DNA from: Thermoproteota archaeon
GTDB lineage: Archaea > Thermoproteota > EX4484-205 > JAAOZP01
Assembly (NCBI GenBank): GCA_038861395.1
Contig: JAWCDE010000001.1
Coordinates: 9,144-73,143, forward strand
DNA: 64,000 nucleotides
Reading direction: 5' to 3'
Shown: positions 16,749 to 24,116 of the stretch, piece after piece
How the letters are laid out: every line of letters begins with the position of its first letter
Numbering within the stretch: the first letter of the stretch is position 1
Made by a program: the position numbers and the translations under genes
The notes under the pieces: model-generated
The model's input: only the letters and a program-made list of their open reading frames with translations
What the model was told of the DNA's origin: nothing
Databases searched by the model: none

Positions 16749-18110
16749 CTACTTAGCCTCAAACGGAACCTTTTCAGGAACCTCGGTCACGATGCCGGCG
16801 GCGATGGTCATCCCCATGTCCCTGATAGCAAACCTTCCAAGCTGCGGGAACTCTGAGTAAACCTCGATAGCAATCGGCCTCAAAGGCCTAAACTTAACGA
16901 TCGCAGCGTCACCGGTCTTCAGGAAATCAGGCTTCTCCTGAATAACCGCGCCAGTACGAGGGTCAATCTTCTTCTGAAGCTCCTCGAAAGTACAAGCAAC
17001 CTGCTCAGTATGTACGTGAAGCACAGGAGTGTAGCCGGCGGCGATAGCAGTCGGATGCCTGATAACGATAATCCTGCCTATGAAAGACTTCGCGACAGTC
17101 GGCGGGTTATCAGGATAACCCATAACCATGCCCCTCCTTAACTCCTGCTTGGAAACACCCTTAACAGCCATTCCAACGTTGTCACCAGGCTCAGCCTTCT
17201 CAAGCTGCGTGTGATGCATCTCAATAGTCTTCAACTCAACAATCTTATCCAGAGGCCTAATAACAACCCTAGTATTAGGCTTCAACACACCGGTCTCAAC
17301 CCTGCCAGCGGGAACAGTGCCAACACCCGGGATAGTGAAAACCTGCTGAAGCGGAATCCTCAAAGGCTTGTCAACAGGCCTAGGCGGAGGCTGAAACGCG
17401 TCAAGAGCCTCAATCAACGTGGGACCCTTGTACCAAGGCATCTTATCACTAGGCTTAACAAGATTATCACCAGTCCAGCCACTGATGGGGATAATAGGAA
17501 TCGGGTTCTTCTCAAGGTTGAAACCAATACGCCTCAGCAAATCCTCAACATTCTTCTTAACCTCGTTAAACCTATCCTGACTCCAGTTAACAGAAGGATC
17601 ATCCATCTTGTTAACACCGATGACGATCTGCCTAACGCCGAGAGTAAACAGCAGGAAAGCATGCTCAGTAGTCTGACCCTCAGGACTAGTGCCAGCCTCA
17701 AACTCACCCTTCTTAGCAGAAACAATCAGCAAAGCACTGTCAGCCTGACTAGCACCAGTAATCATATTCTTTACGAAATCACGATGGCCAGGAGCATCAA
17801 TAATAGTATAGTAATATTTCTTTGTTTCGAACTTTACGTATGCCGCGTCGATGGTTACGCCGCGCTCACGCTCCTCCTTCAGCTTGTCGAGAACCCACGC
17901 GAACTTGAAAGTATCGCCGAGACCAGTCTTAGCAGACTCCGCCTCCAGCTCCCTCATCTTCCTCTCGTCAACGTAGCCGGTCAAGTAGAGCAAGTGGCCA
18001 GTAGTAGTACTCTTCCCATGGTCAACATGACCGCAGACCACGAGATTCAAGTGTGGTTTGCTTGACGAACTCATCTTTCTTTTTCCTCCTTGCTGTCCCA
18101 ATAGCTTCAT
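16749..18110 (-). CDS. tuf: Translation elongation factor 1-alpha. The ORF is open from 18110; the likely true start is M13 (MSSSSKPHLNLVVCGHVDHGKST) at about 18074
   Basis: GHVDHGKST P-loop, DAPGHRDF, NKMD GTPase motifs; 453 aa. Confidence 0.9.
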   Translation of the reverse strand: MKLLGQQGGKRKMSSSSKPHLNLVVCGHVDHGKSTTTGHLLYLTGYVDERKMRELEAESAKTGLGDTFKFAWVLDKLKEERERGVTIDAAYVKFETKKYYYTIIDAPGHRDFVKNMITGASQADSALLIVSAKKGEFEAGTSPEGQTTEHAFLLFTLGVRQIVIGVNKMDDPSVNWSQDRFNEVKKNVEDLLRRIGFNLEKNPIPIIPISGWTGDNLVKPSDKMPWYKGPTLIEALDAFQPPPRPVDKPLRIPLQQVFTIPGVGTVPAGRVETGVLKPNTRVVIRPLDKIVELKTIEMHHTQLEKAEPGDNVGMAVKGVSKQELRRGMVMGYPDNPPTVAKSFIGRIIVIRHPTAIAAGYTPVLHVHTEQVACTFEELQKKIDPRTGAVIQEKPDFLKTGDAAIVKFRPLRPIAIEVYSEFPQLGRFAIRDMGMTIAAGIVTEVPEKVPFEAK

Positions 18111-18161
18111 AGAGGGATATTTAAGGTTTAAGGCGTTTGAAGGATGGAAAAAGCTTGTTAA

Positions 18162-18244
18162 AGGGGTGTCTTAAGCGACGCTGATTTCAGCTATTACGAA
18201 CAGGAGCTCAGGGATGCTTTAGGAGGAGACACGAGTTGGCTAGT
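18162..18244 (+). repeat. Repeat L, copy A: 84-nt near-identical copy of the 3' end of the 18937-19395 gene (last ~24 codons ...SVLSDADFSYYEQELRDALGGDTS*), lying in the tuf–Y1 intergenic space
   Basis: Matches 19317-19400 with 2 mismatches. Confidence 0.8.
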
Positions 18245-18271
18245 GATCTGACATGGACTTGAATAATCATT

Positions 18272-18862
18272 TTAATCCCATTTGCAACTAAGCCTCCATC
18301 CTCTTTCCTTTATGAGTTTTTCGGCCTCCTCCTTCGTAAGCACGACGGAAAAAACTGCTTGATCTCCATCCAGGAGCTTATAGTACTGATATCCTGTGTC
18401 CTCAATTAGACCGTTTATCTTACTCATTATGTGATTAATCTGAAGCAGGTCCGTGTAAAAATAAAAATCGATGGTATGCCTTTCTCCCTTGAATGTGAAG
18501 TGGATGTGTGCACCATGGCCAAGCCACTCCTCTCTTATATCCGTTGGTTGAAACACCCCCCTCGAGATCTCAGCAATTTCTTTGAAAATATTTGTGGCAA
18601 GACCTTCATACAGGCTCACCATCTCTATATCTCTTCCCCATATCCTCTTTTTATCATAAATCGCTGCAAGGACATCAACTTCATAAACGCTCATCCTCAT
18701 CCACCTTTCTTCTTCCTCTTTTGTTCCAAAGTACTTTAAAGAAATACTTTTCTCCTTCAATTTCTCGAAAATCTCCTCGGAAGAAAGGTTGGAGTATTCT
18801 TCGAAGAACCCTAGTTTTCTAAGGTATTCTATCGACTCTATGAAGCGCTCCCTCGCACCCAT
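18272..18862 (-). CDS. Hypothetical protein Y1 (196 aa), paralog of 19454-20050
   Basis: First ~39 codons nucleotide-identical to Y2; remainder homologous at ~40% (ISRGVFQPT, TGYQYY, EEAEKLIKERGW blocks). Confidence 0.6.
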   Translation of the reverse strand: MGARERFIESIEYLRKLGFFEEYSNLSSEEIFEKLKEKSISLKYFGTKEEEERWMRMSVYEVDVLAAIYDKKRIWGRDIEMVSLYEGLATNIFKEIAEISRGVFQPTDIREEWLGHGAHIHFTFKGERHTIDFYFYTDLLQINHIMSKINGLIEDTGYQYYKLLDGDQAVFSVVLTKEEAEKLIKERGWRLSCKWD

Positions 18863-18901
18863 CTATTTTAAGTTAAGTAGTGTCATAAGGCTTTTAAGCA
18901 T
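18745..18901. repeat. Repeat R, copy A: ~155 nt covering the 5' end of Y1 (about the first 39 codons) plus ~40 nt of upstream region; near-identical to 19934-20086
   Basis: Direct comparison of the two segments; single 3-4-nt indel in the noncoding part. Confidence 0.8.
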
Positions 18902-18936
18902 AACCAAAATACAGAGAAGGCCTTGCGAGGAAGAAG

Positions 18937-19395
18937 GTGAAGCTTGAGATCTGCGGGTACGTGCCTGAGCTACACTTCCCGAAGCACTTCTCGCTACCCT
19001 TCTTAGAGGGAGATGTTTTCTTAGACCTCGTCGAAGGAAGCCTGAAGGTAAGCGGCTTCAAGGTAGAGGGGTTCGAACTTGGGGAGACGGTTAAGCATTT
19101 TGCAAACAAGGTTAGACATGTCCAATACTTCTTTAAGATAGGTAGCGAGAAATATTTCTTAGACATTGTTCTGGAAAATGCTTTGGTTGAGTCGAAGTAC
19201 TGGCTGACTGGAAGAACCTATAGAGAGCACTTTAACGATTTAGTTGAGCAATTGAGAGAATATAAAAAGGCTGCGAAGCAGCTGGGGAAAGACAAGGTCT
19301 ACTTGGTCTTCGGGAAAAGGAGTGTCTTAAGCGACGCTGATTTCAGCTATTACGAACAGGAGCTCAGGGATGCTTTAGGAGGAGACACGAGTTAG
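18937..19395 (+). CDS. Hypothetical protein X (152 aa), GTG start; convergent partner of the Y genes
   Basis: ORF MKLEICGYVPELHFPKHFSLPFLEG...; its 3' end is duplicated at 18162-18244. Confidence 0.5.
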   Translation: MKLEICGYVPELHFPKHFSLPFLEGDVFLDLVEGSLKVSGFKVEGFELGETVKHFANKVRHVQYFFKIGSEKYFLDIVLENALVESKYWLTGRTYREHFNDLVEQLREYKKAAKQLGKDKVYLVFGKRSVLSDADFSYYEQELRDALGGDTS

Positions 19396-19400
19396 CTAGT
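19317..19400 (+). repeat. Repeat L, copy B (3' end of gene X plus 5 nt downstream)
   Basis: See copy A. Confidence 0.8.
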
Positions 19401-19453
19401 CATTTGCCACGGCTTCGATGAGTTTGATAAAGCATATGCAGAAGGTTAAAACA

Positions 19454-20050
19454 TCACCATATACCTTTGAGAGCCCATCCTCTCTCATTTCTCAGCTTTC
19501 TTGCCTCTTCAGGCTTAAGGACGATGAAGAGATACATATCCGGGTGGCGGATCTGGTAATACCGATATCCAGTATATTGTATCAACCAGTTTATATGGTT
19601 TAGAGCACGGCCGAAGTTCCAGCGGTCTTTCACACTCCAAAGGAATTCAACCATCCTGCCTTCCCTCTTGTAGACGAAGTAAACTCTACAGAAGCCTGTA
19701 TCAAGCCCCAGCACCCTATCTTCCTCGATCCTACATTCTTCACGTAGGTTAGTTGGTTGGAATGCTCCCCTCGATATGCTAGCCAAACCGTTCAAGAACT
19801 TTAAGCCAACATCAGGGTTAGGAGGATAATCGAACTCCCCACCCCATACTCTTTTCTCGTCGAAAATTGCGACAAACCTATCGATTTCAAAATCGCTCTC
19901 TTTAGACCAATCTTCCTTCTCTATTTGAATAACACTTTTCTCCTTCAATTTCTCGAAAATCTCCTCGGAAGAAAGGTTGGAGTATTCTTCGAAGAACCCT
20001 AGTTTTCTAAGGTATTCTATCGACTCTATGAAGCGCTCCCTCGCACCCAT
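19454..20050 (-). CDS. Hypothetical protein Y2 (198 aa), paralog of Y1
   Basis: MGARERFIESIEYLRKLGFFEEYSNLSSEEIFEKLKEKS N-terminus identical to Y1; conserved ISRGAFQPT, TGYRYY, EEARKLRNERGW blocks. Confidence 0.6.
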   Translation of the reverse strand: MGARERFIESIEYLRKLGFFEEYSNLSSEEIFEKLKEKSVIQIEKEDWSKESDFEIDRFVAIFDEKRVWGGEFDYPPNPDVGLKFLNGLASISRGAFQPTNLREECRIEEDRVLGLDTGFCRVYFVYKREGRMVEFLWSVKDRWNFGRALNHINWLIQYTGYRYYQIRHPDMYLFIVLKPEEARKLRNERGWALKGIW

Positions 20051-20086
20051 CTATTTTAAGTAATGTGTCATAAGGCTTTTAAGCAT
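19934..20086. repeat. Repeat R, copy B (5' end of Y2 plus upstream region)
   Basis: See copy A. Confidence 0.8.
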
Positions 20087-20274
20087 TCGAAGCGGTTTAG
20101 CTAAAAGTGTTGTGGAGATAAGAAATCCATGCCTCTCTTCTCTAATTGCAGATGTTGATTACCATTTTTTTAGAGAATATTTTGGTGGAGGCTTTACGTC
20201 ATCGAGTCGCTTAAAGAACGGTTCAGACCGGAATGTATGTTAAATGATATAGAGTATTATCTAAAGGATTAAAA

Positions 20275-20508
20275 TTAAAGGAGCTTTATGAACTCTTCGA
20301 CTGTTAAGCCTGCTTGCCTTATGATTGCTCTTAGTGTTCCCTTGGCTATCTCTTTACGCTTTAGCACAGTTAGTCTTCGATGCGGTTTTTCTCTATGCCT
20401 TAGAATTATGTGGCTTCCAGTCTGATGGTCAACCTCGTAGCCGATTTTAGAAAGTGCTTTAACAACATCCATACCGGAGACTACTGGCAGCTTAGACATT
20501 AACCTCAA
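20275..20508 (-). CDS. hicA: HicA-family toxin (YcfA-like mRNA interferase); probable true start is the ATG at 20499 (MSKLPVVSG...)
   Basis: KLPVVSGMDVVKALSKIGYEVDHQTGSHIILRH matches the HicA dsRBD-like fold signature with a conserved His. Confidence 0.65.
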   Translation of the reverse strand: MRLMSKLPVVSGMDVVKALSKIGYEVDHQTGSHIILRHREKPHRRLTVLKRKEIAKGTLRAIIRQAGLTVEEFIKLL

Positions 20509-20671
20509 CCAGCTCTTCTTCTATGGATGGAGGAATCGGTTCATCATGCTTCTTCAAACTGGCTAAGTAGCCAGCGATAGCATCCTTAATATTTGAGATG
20601 GCTTCCTCTCTCGTCTTACCTTTAATTCTCCATTCTTTGTAAAAAATAGAATCGTTTTCACACCGATGATT
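20492..20671 (-). pseudogene. hicB: HicB-like antitoxin remnant, start-less: open frame ...EWRIKGKTREEAISNIKDAIAGYLASLKKHDEPIPPSIEEELVEVNV* with no in-frame ATG/GTG/TTG; an out-of-frame ATG (MLESSV*) lies just upstream
   Basis: GKTREEA...AI..YL block typical of the HicB/UPF0150 C-terminal half; the stop overlaps the hicA start region. Confidence 0.4.
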
Positions 20672-20735
20672 CTAACATTAGGTTGTTCGTTTTCCTTATC
20701 GTTCAAGTTTTTAATTTTAAATAACTGTTTTGATT

Positions 20736-22172
20736 CTATACCATAGTGCTCTGGCCCACAGTGCTTTTTTCCCTCCGTGAAATGATTCTCACTACCCTCC
20801 CTTTTCTCCTCAACTCTTCGATGTTAGATGCTCCGGCGTAGCCCATTGCTGCCCTTATTCCTCCCGTGAACTCGCTTATTACTGAAGATACGTCTCCGCG
20901 GTAGGGCACCCAGATCTCAGTGCCCTCGGGTATTTCTTTCGCCAGTATTGCATATCTATCCAACGCCATTCTCTTCTGCCTCGCCGACTGGCTTCCCATG
21001 CCCCTGTGCAGCTTGAAGTACTTGCCGTTTATTATAGTCATGGGACTGGGGCTCTCCTTGCAGCCTGCTAACACGTATCCGAGCATGGCGCAGGATGCTC
21101 CTAGGGCTATTGCTAAAGCAACATCCCCCGGGTTCCTGATACCCCCGTCTGCTATCACCGGTATTTTCAAACCGAGCTCTTCAAGGGCGTCTGCAGCCTG
21201 GGCTACTGCGAATAGCGTGGGCGCCCCGGCTTTAGTAATCTCAGTCGTTATGCATACTGAGCCGCTTCCGATTCCTACTCTAAGCCCTGCGACGCTTTCT
21301 ATCTTGGATACTGAGTCTAATACTCCCTGCCTGGTCCCCAGGTTCCCGATTACGACGTCTACGTCAACTTCTTTCACAAGCCTCCGCGTCTCCTCTATCA
21401 CGTTCCTATTGTGGAAGTGCGCAACGTCTATTACTAAGGCATCTGCGTGCTTCGCCAGCATCTTGGCCCTGTCAGTGTCGAACGGTGATACTGCTGCGGC
21501 AACCCTCAGCCTGCCCTCTGGGTCTCTAGTAGCCTCCTTATACTCTCCTCTGAGCGCCACGTCCTTGTAGGTTATTAGTCCGACGAGCCTCTTGTCATCG
21601 TCTACAACCGGCAGCTTCTCAACCCTGTGCTTCTTCATCAGCTCCACAGCCTCCTCGGGAGTGACGCTTGGGCTTGCTACCACGACGTCCTTGGTCATAG
21701 CCTCTTCAACCCTTATCGAGGGGTTTGCGAACCTCACGTCTCTCCCGGTTATTATCCCGATCAGCCTGTTGTCTTCGACAACTGGGAGCCCCGATATCTT
21801 GTGCCTCCTCATTATTTCAGCTGCTTCCCCGACGGTAGCCTCCTTGTTTATCGTTATCACGTCCCTGATTATGAAAGACTCTGCTCTCTTCACTGCCTTA
21901 ACCATCTCCAGCTCCTCCTCTGCGGAACAGTTCCTGTGTACGACGCCTATCCCACCGTGTCTCGCGAGCGCTATAGCCATTTCAGACTCGGTTACGGTGT
22001 CCATCGGCGAGGATACCAGGGGGATGTTTATCGGGATGTTTTTCGAAAACCTTGTTCTCAAGTCTATCTCCCTGGGCTCGGTTTCTGAAAATCCGGGTAG
22101 CAGGATAATGTCTTCAAAATTGAAAGCAGTCTCCGCCTTTTCAAACTTCTCTTGGAACGCCCCCATATTCAA
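20736..22172 (-). CDS. guaB: Inosine-5'-monophosphate dehydrogenase with tandem CBS domains
   Basis: 478 aa; IGIGSGSVCITTE catalytic-Cys loop, GGIRNPGDVALAIALGASCAMLG, two CBS repeats. Confidence 0.85.
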   Translation of the reverse strand: MNMGAFQEKFEKAETAFNFEDIILLPGFSETEPREIDLRTRFSKNIPINIPLVSSPMDTVTESEMAIALARHGGIGVVHRNCSAEEELEMVKAVKRAESFIIRDVITINKEATVGEAAEIMRRHKISGLPVVEDNRLIGIITGRDVRFANPSIRVEEAMTKDVVVASPSVTPEEAVELMKKHRVEKLPVVDDDKRLVGLITYKDVALRGEYKEATRDPEGRLRVAAAVSPFDTDRAKMLAKHADALVIDVAHFHNRNVIEETRRLVKEVDVDVVIGNLGTRQGVLDSVSKIESVAGLRVGIGSGSVCITTEITKAGAPTLFAVAQAADALEELGLKIPVIADGGIRNPGDVALAIALGASCAMLGYVLAGCKESPSPMTIINGKYFKLHRGMGSQSARQKRMALDRYAILAKEIPEGTEIWVPYRGDVSSVISEFTGGIRAAMGYAGASNIEELRRKGRVVRIISRREKSTVGQSTMV

Positions 22173-22251
22173 ATATCTCCGGGGTTCTGATTATAAGTCT
22201 TTCACCAAGAGTGTTAATGGCTCGAGAAAACCGGCGGGGTTGCCCTAGGGT

Positions 22252-22830
22252 TTAACGCGAGGCTTCAGCGTGTCTCTCAAGCTCTTTCTTCCTGGAGACC
22301 GCGTAGCTGGAGTCATCGTTGTTAGCTGCGTTTATTATTTCTTCGGCAAGCGCCTCCGCTATCGTCTTCCTGTTTTTAAAGCTCTTCATCTTAGCCCCGT
22401 CCACGATGTTTCTTATCGCAAGGTCTACTCTCCTACCAGGCGAGATGTCTACAGACTGGTAGTAGACTATGCCGCCGTAGCTTACCCTTGTAGTGTCTTC
22501 CCTCGGGGCGGAGTTTACGATTGCTTCGACGAGAATCTCTATGGGGTTCCTGCCTGTTTGAAGGCTTATTATTTCGAAAGTATCCTTAACTATGTTTATC
22601 GCCTTAGCCTTCCTTCCCCCTGCTCTGGCTGTCTGAGCAATCCTGTTCGTCAAGCGTTCAACAATGTTCACATTATACTTCCAGAATTTCCTTTTCTCAT
22701 GCCTCCCACCTGAATGGGGGATTCGAACGGGTTTAAGGCTTACCACTTGGGCTAGCCCAGGGTCCCTTACTTCGATTCCTTCGAAACTCCACTTGTCGAA
22801 TAGTTTACACTCTATGCTCGGCTTAGCCAA
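22252..22830 (-). CDS. rps7: Ribosomal protein S7
   Basis: 192 aa; KLFDKWSFEGIEVRDPGLAQV and RVDLAIRNIVDGAK blocks. Confidence 0.85.
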   Translation of the reverse strand: MAKPSIECKLFDKWSFEGIEVRDPGLAQVVSLKPVRIPHSGGRHEKRKFWKYNVNIVERLTNRIAQTARAGGRKAKAINIVKDTFEIISLQTGRNPIEILVEAIVNSAPREDTTRVSYGGIVYYQSVDISPGRRVDLAIRNIVDGAKMKSFKNRKTIAEALAEEIINAANNDDSSYAVSRKKELERHAEASR

Positions 22831-22868
22831 GCTGGGCAGTGCATGCGTTGCTGAGCCTATAAAAGTTT

Positions 22869-23297
22869 TTACCTCGTGGGCTTCTGCTTCTTACCCTTCA
22901 GGAGCGCGTCTAGGGATACGCCGTTGACGCTTATAACTTTGTACCTTACCCCTGGAATATCCCCCATCGACCTTCCGAGCGTGCCCCCTATGCCTGCGAT
23001 AATAACCTCATCCCTTTCGTTTATGAAGTTTAGAGCCCCATCCTTGGGCACGAATGCAGTAACCTCTTTCCCGTTTTTTATCAACTGGACTCTGACACAT
23101 TTTCTCACAGCACTGTTGGGTTGCTTACTTGCTATCCCAACTTTTTCCAAAACTATGCCCCTTGCCATGGGAGCCCCCTCTAACGGGTCGTAAAGCTCCT
23201 TAAGCCTCAGAACCCTCTTAGTATAGTATCTGGAGCTCCACCTGAACTTCTTACGAACGAGTACCAGCTTCCTGGCTGCGAATTCTCCTCTTCCCAA
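22869..23297 (-). CDS. rps12: Ribosomal protein S12
   Basis: 142 aa; [25 protein letters not shown]. Confidence 0.9.
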   Translation of the reverse strand: MGRGEFAARKLVLVRKKFRWSSRYYTKRVLRLKELYDPLEGAPMARGIVLEKVGIASKQPNSAVRKCVRVQLIKNGKEVTAFVPKDGALNFINERDEVIIAGIGGTLGRSMGDIPGVRYKVISVNGVSLDALLKGKKQKPTR

Positions 23298-23340
23298 TCT
23301 CGAGGGGATTGTTTTAAAAGCACCTTATTAAGCTTCTTGC

Positions 23341-23796
23341 CTAGCGTATTTTAACGTCGATTACTCCAAAATATCTTTTTGCGAATTCCCTTATGCCCTG
23401 TATTCTGAAGCCGTTCTTACCTATTGCCCTGCCCTTATCCATTTCGTTGACTGTCACATAGACTACTCTCCCACCCTTAACCCCGTTTTCAATCTGTATG
23501 TTGAGCACCCTAGCAGGATAGAGGGCTTGCCTAAGAAAGGTTTCAAGGTCTTCGTGGAAACCTATCACATGCACCTCCCTACCTATTCTTTTAGAGAAGT
23601 GTTGGAGTAAAATCTTACAGCTGTTTCTAATCCTTTCAAAATCCTCCGACTTAAGCAGGAAGAAGACCGTTTTATCATTATTGGTTATTAAACAATCAAC
23701 TACTCTAGCTCCAGTAGCATTCTCGAAGAAGCCGATGTAGCTCAGCTCCTGGTTTGACCAGCTTACTTTCACATCACTCTTACTCGACATGTTCAC
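23341..23796 (-). CDS. nusA: Archaeal NusA-like KH-domain transcription factor
   Basis: 151 aa; tandem KH; conserved position between L30e and S12. Confidence 0.7.
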   Translation of the reverse strand: MNMSSKSDVKVSWSNQELSYIGFFENATGARVVDCLITNNDKTVFFLLKSEDFERIRNSCKILLQHFSKRIGREVHVIGFHEDLETFLRQALYPARVLNIQIENGVKGGRVVYVTVNEMDKGRAIGKNGFRIQGIREFAKRYFGVIDVKIR

Positions 23797-24116
23797 TTAT
23801 GGTCCCCCAGTATCCTTGATTCTCCCTGATCTACTATTCCTACAACCGCAACCGGGTATTTTAAGCTTAACGCCTTTCCTAATGCTACGCGAGACCCCTC
23901 ATAGACTATAGACGGAGTCTTGGAAAGATCCAGAGCGTTTTTAAGCATCCCAAGATACGGCTCCGGCAGTTTCGAGACATATATTACTCCCTCCAGCTTA
24001 CCCCGTAGCACAAGCCTATAGACCTCATTGAAACCAGTTACGAAACTACCTGTCTTAGCAAGGAGCTCAAGCTTGCTGCTTAGAGATGCTTTCTCCTCCG
24101 ACATTTTCAGAATCAC
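23793..24116 (-). CDS. rpl30e: Ribosomal protein L30e
   Basis: 107 aa; LAKTGSFVTGFNEVYRLVLRGKLEGVIYVSKLPEP; the six-frame ORF overlaps the rpoA 3' end by ~50 nt in another frame. Confidence 0.8.
   Translation of the reverse strand: MILKMSEEKASLSSKLELLAKTGSFVTGFNEVYRLVLRGKLEGVIYVSKLPEPYLGMLKNALDLSKTPSIVYEGSRVALGKALSLKYPVAVVGIVDQGESRILGDHK

Noticed and set aside
17211-18065. 284-aa plus-strand ORF
   Set aside because: Antisense to tuf; a common long shadow ORF opposite a highly expressed, codon-biased gene.
20920-22248. Several 150-220-aa plus-strand ORFs
   Set aside because: All antisense to guaB; Ser/Thr/Ala-rich shadow frames.
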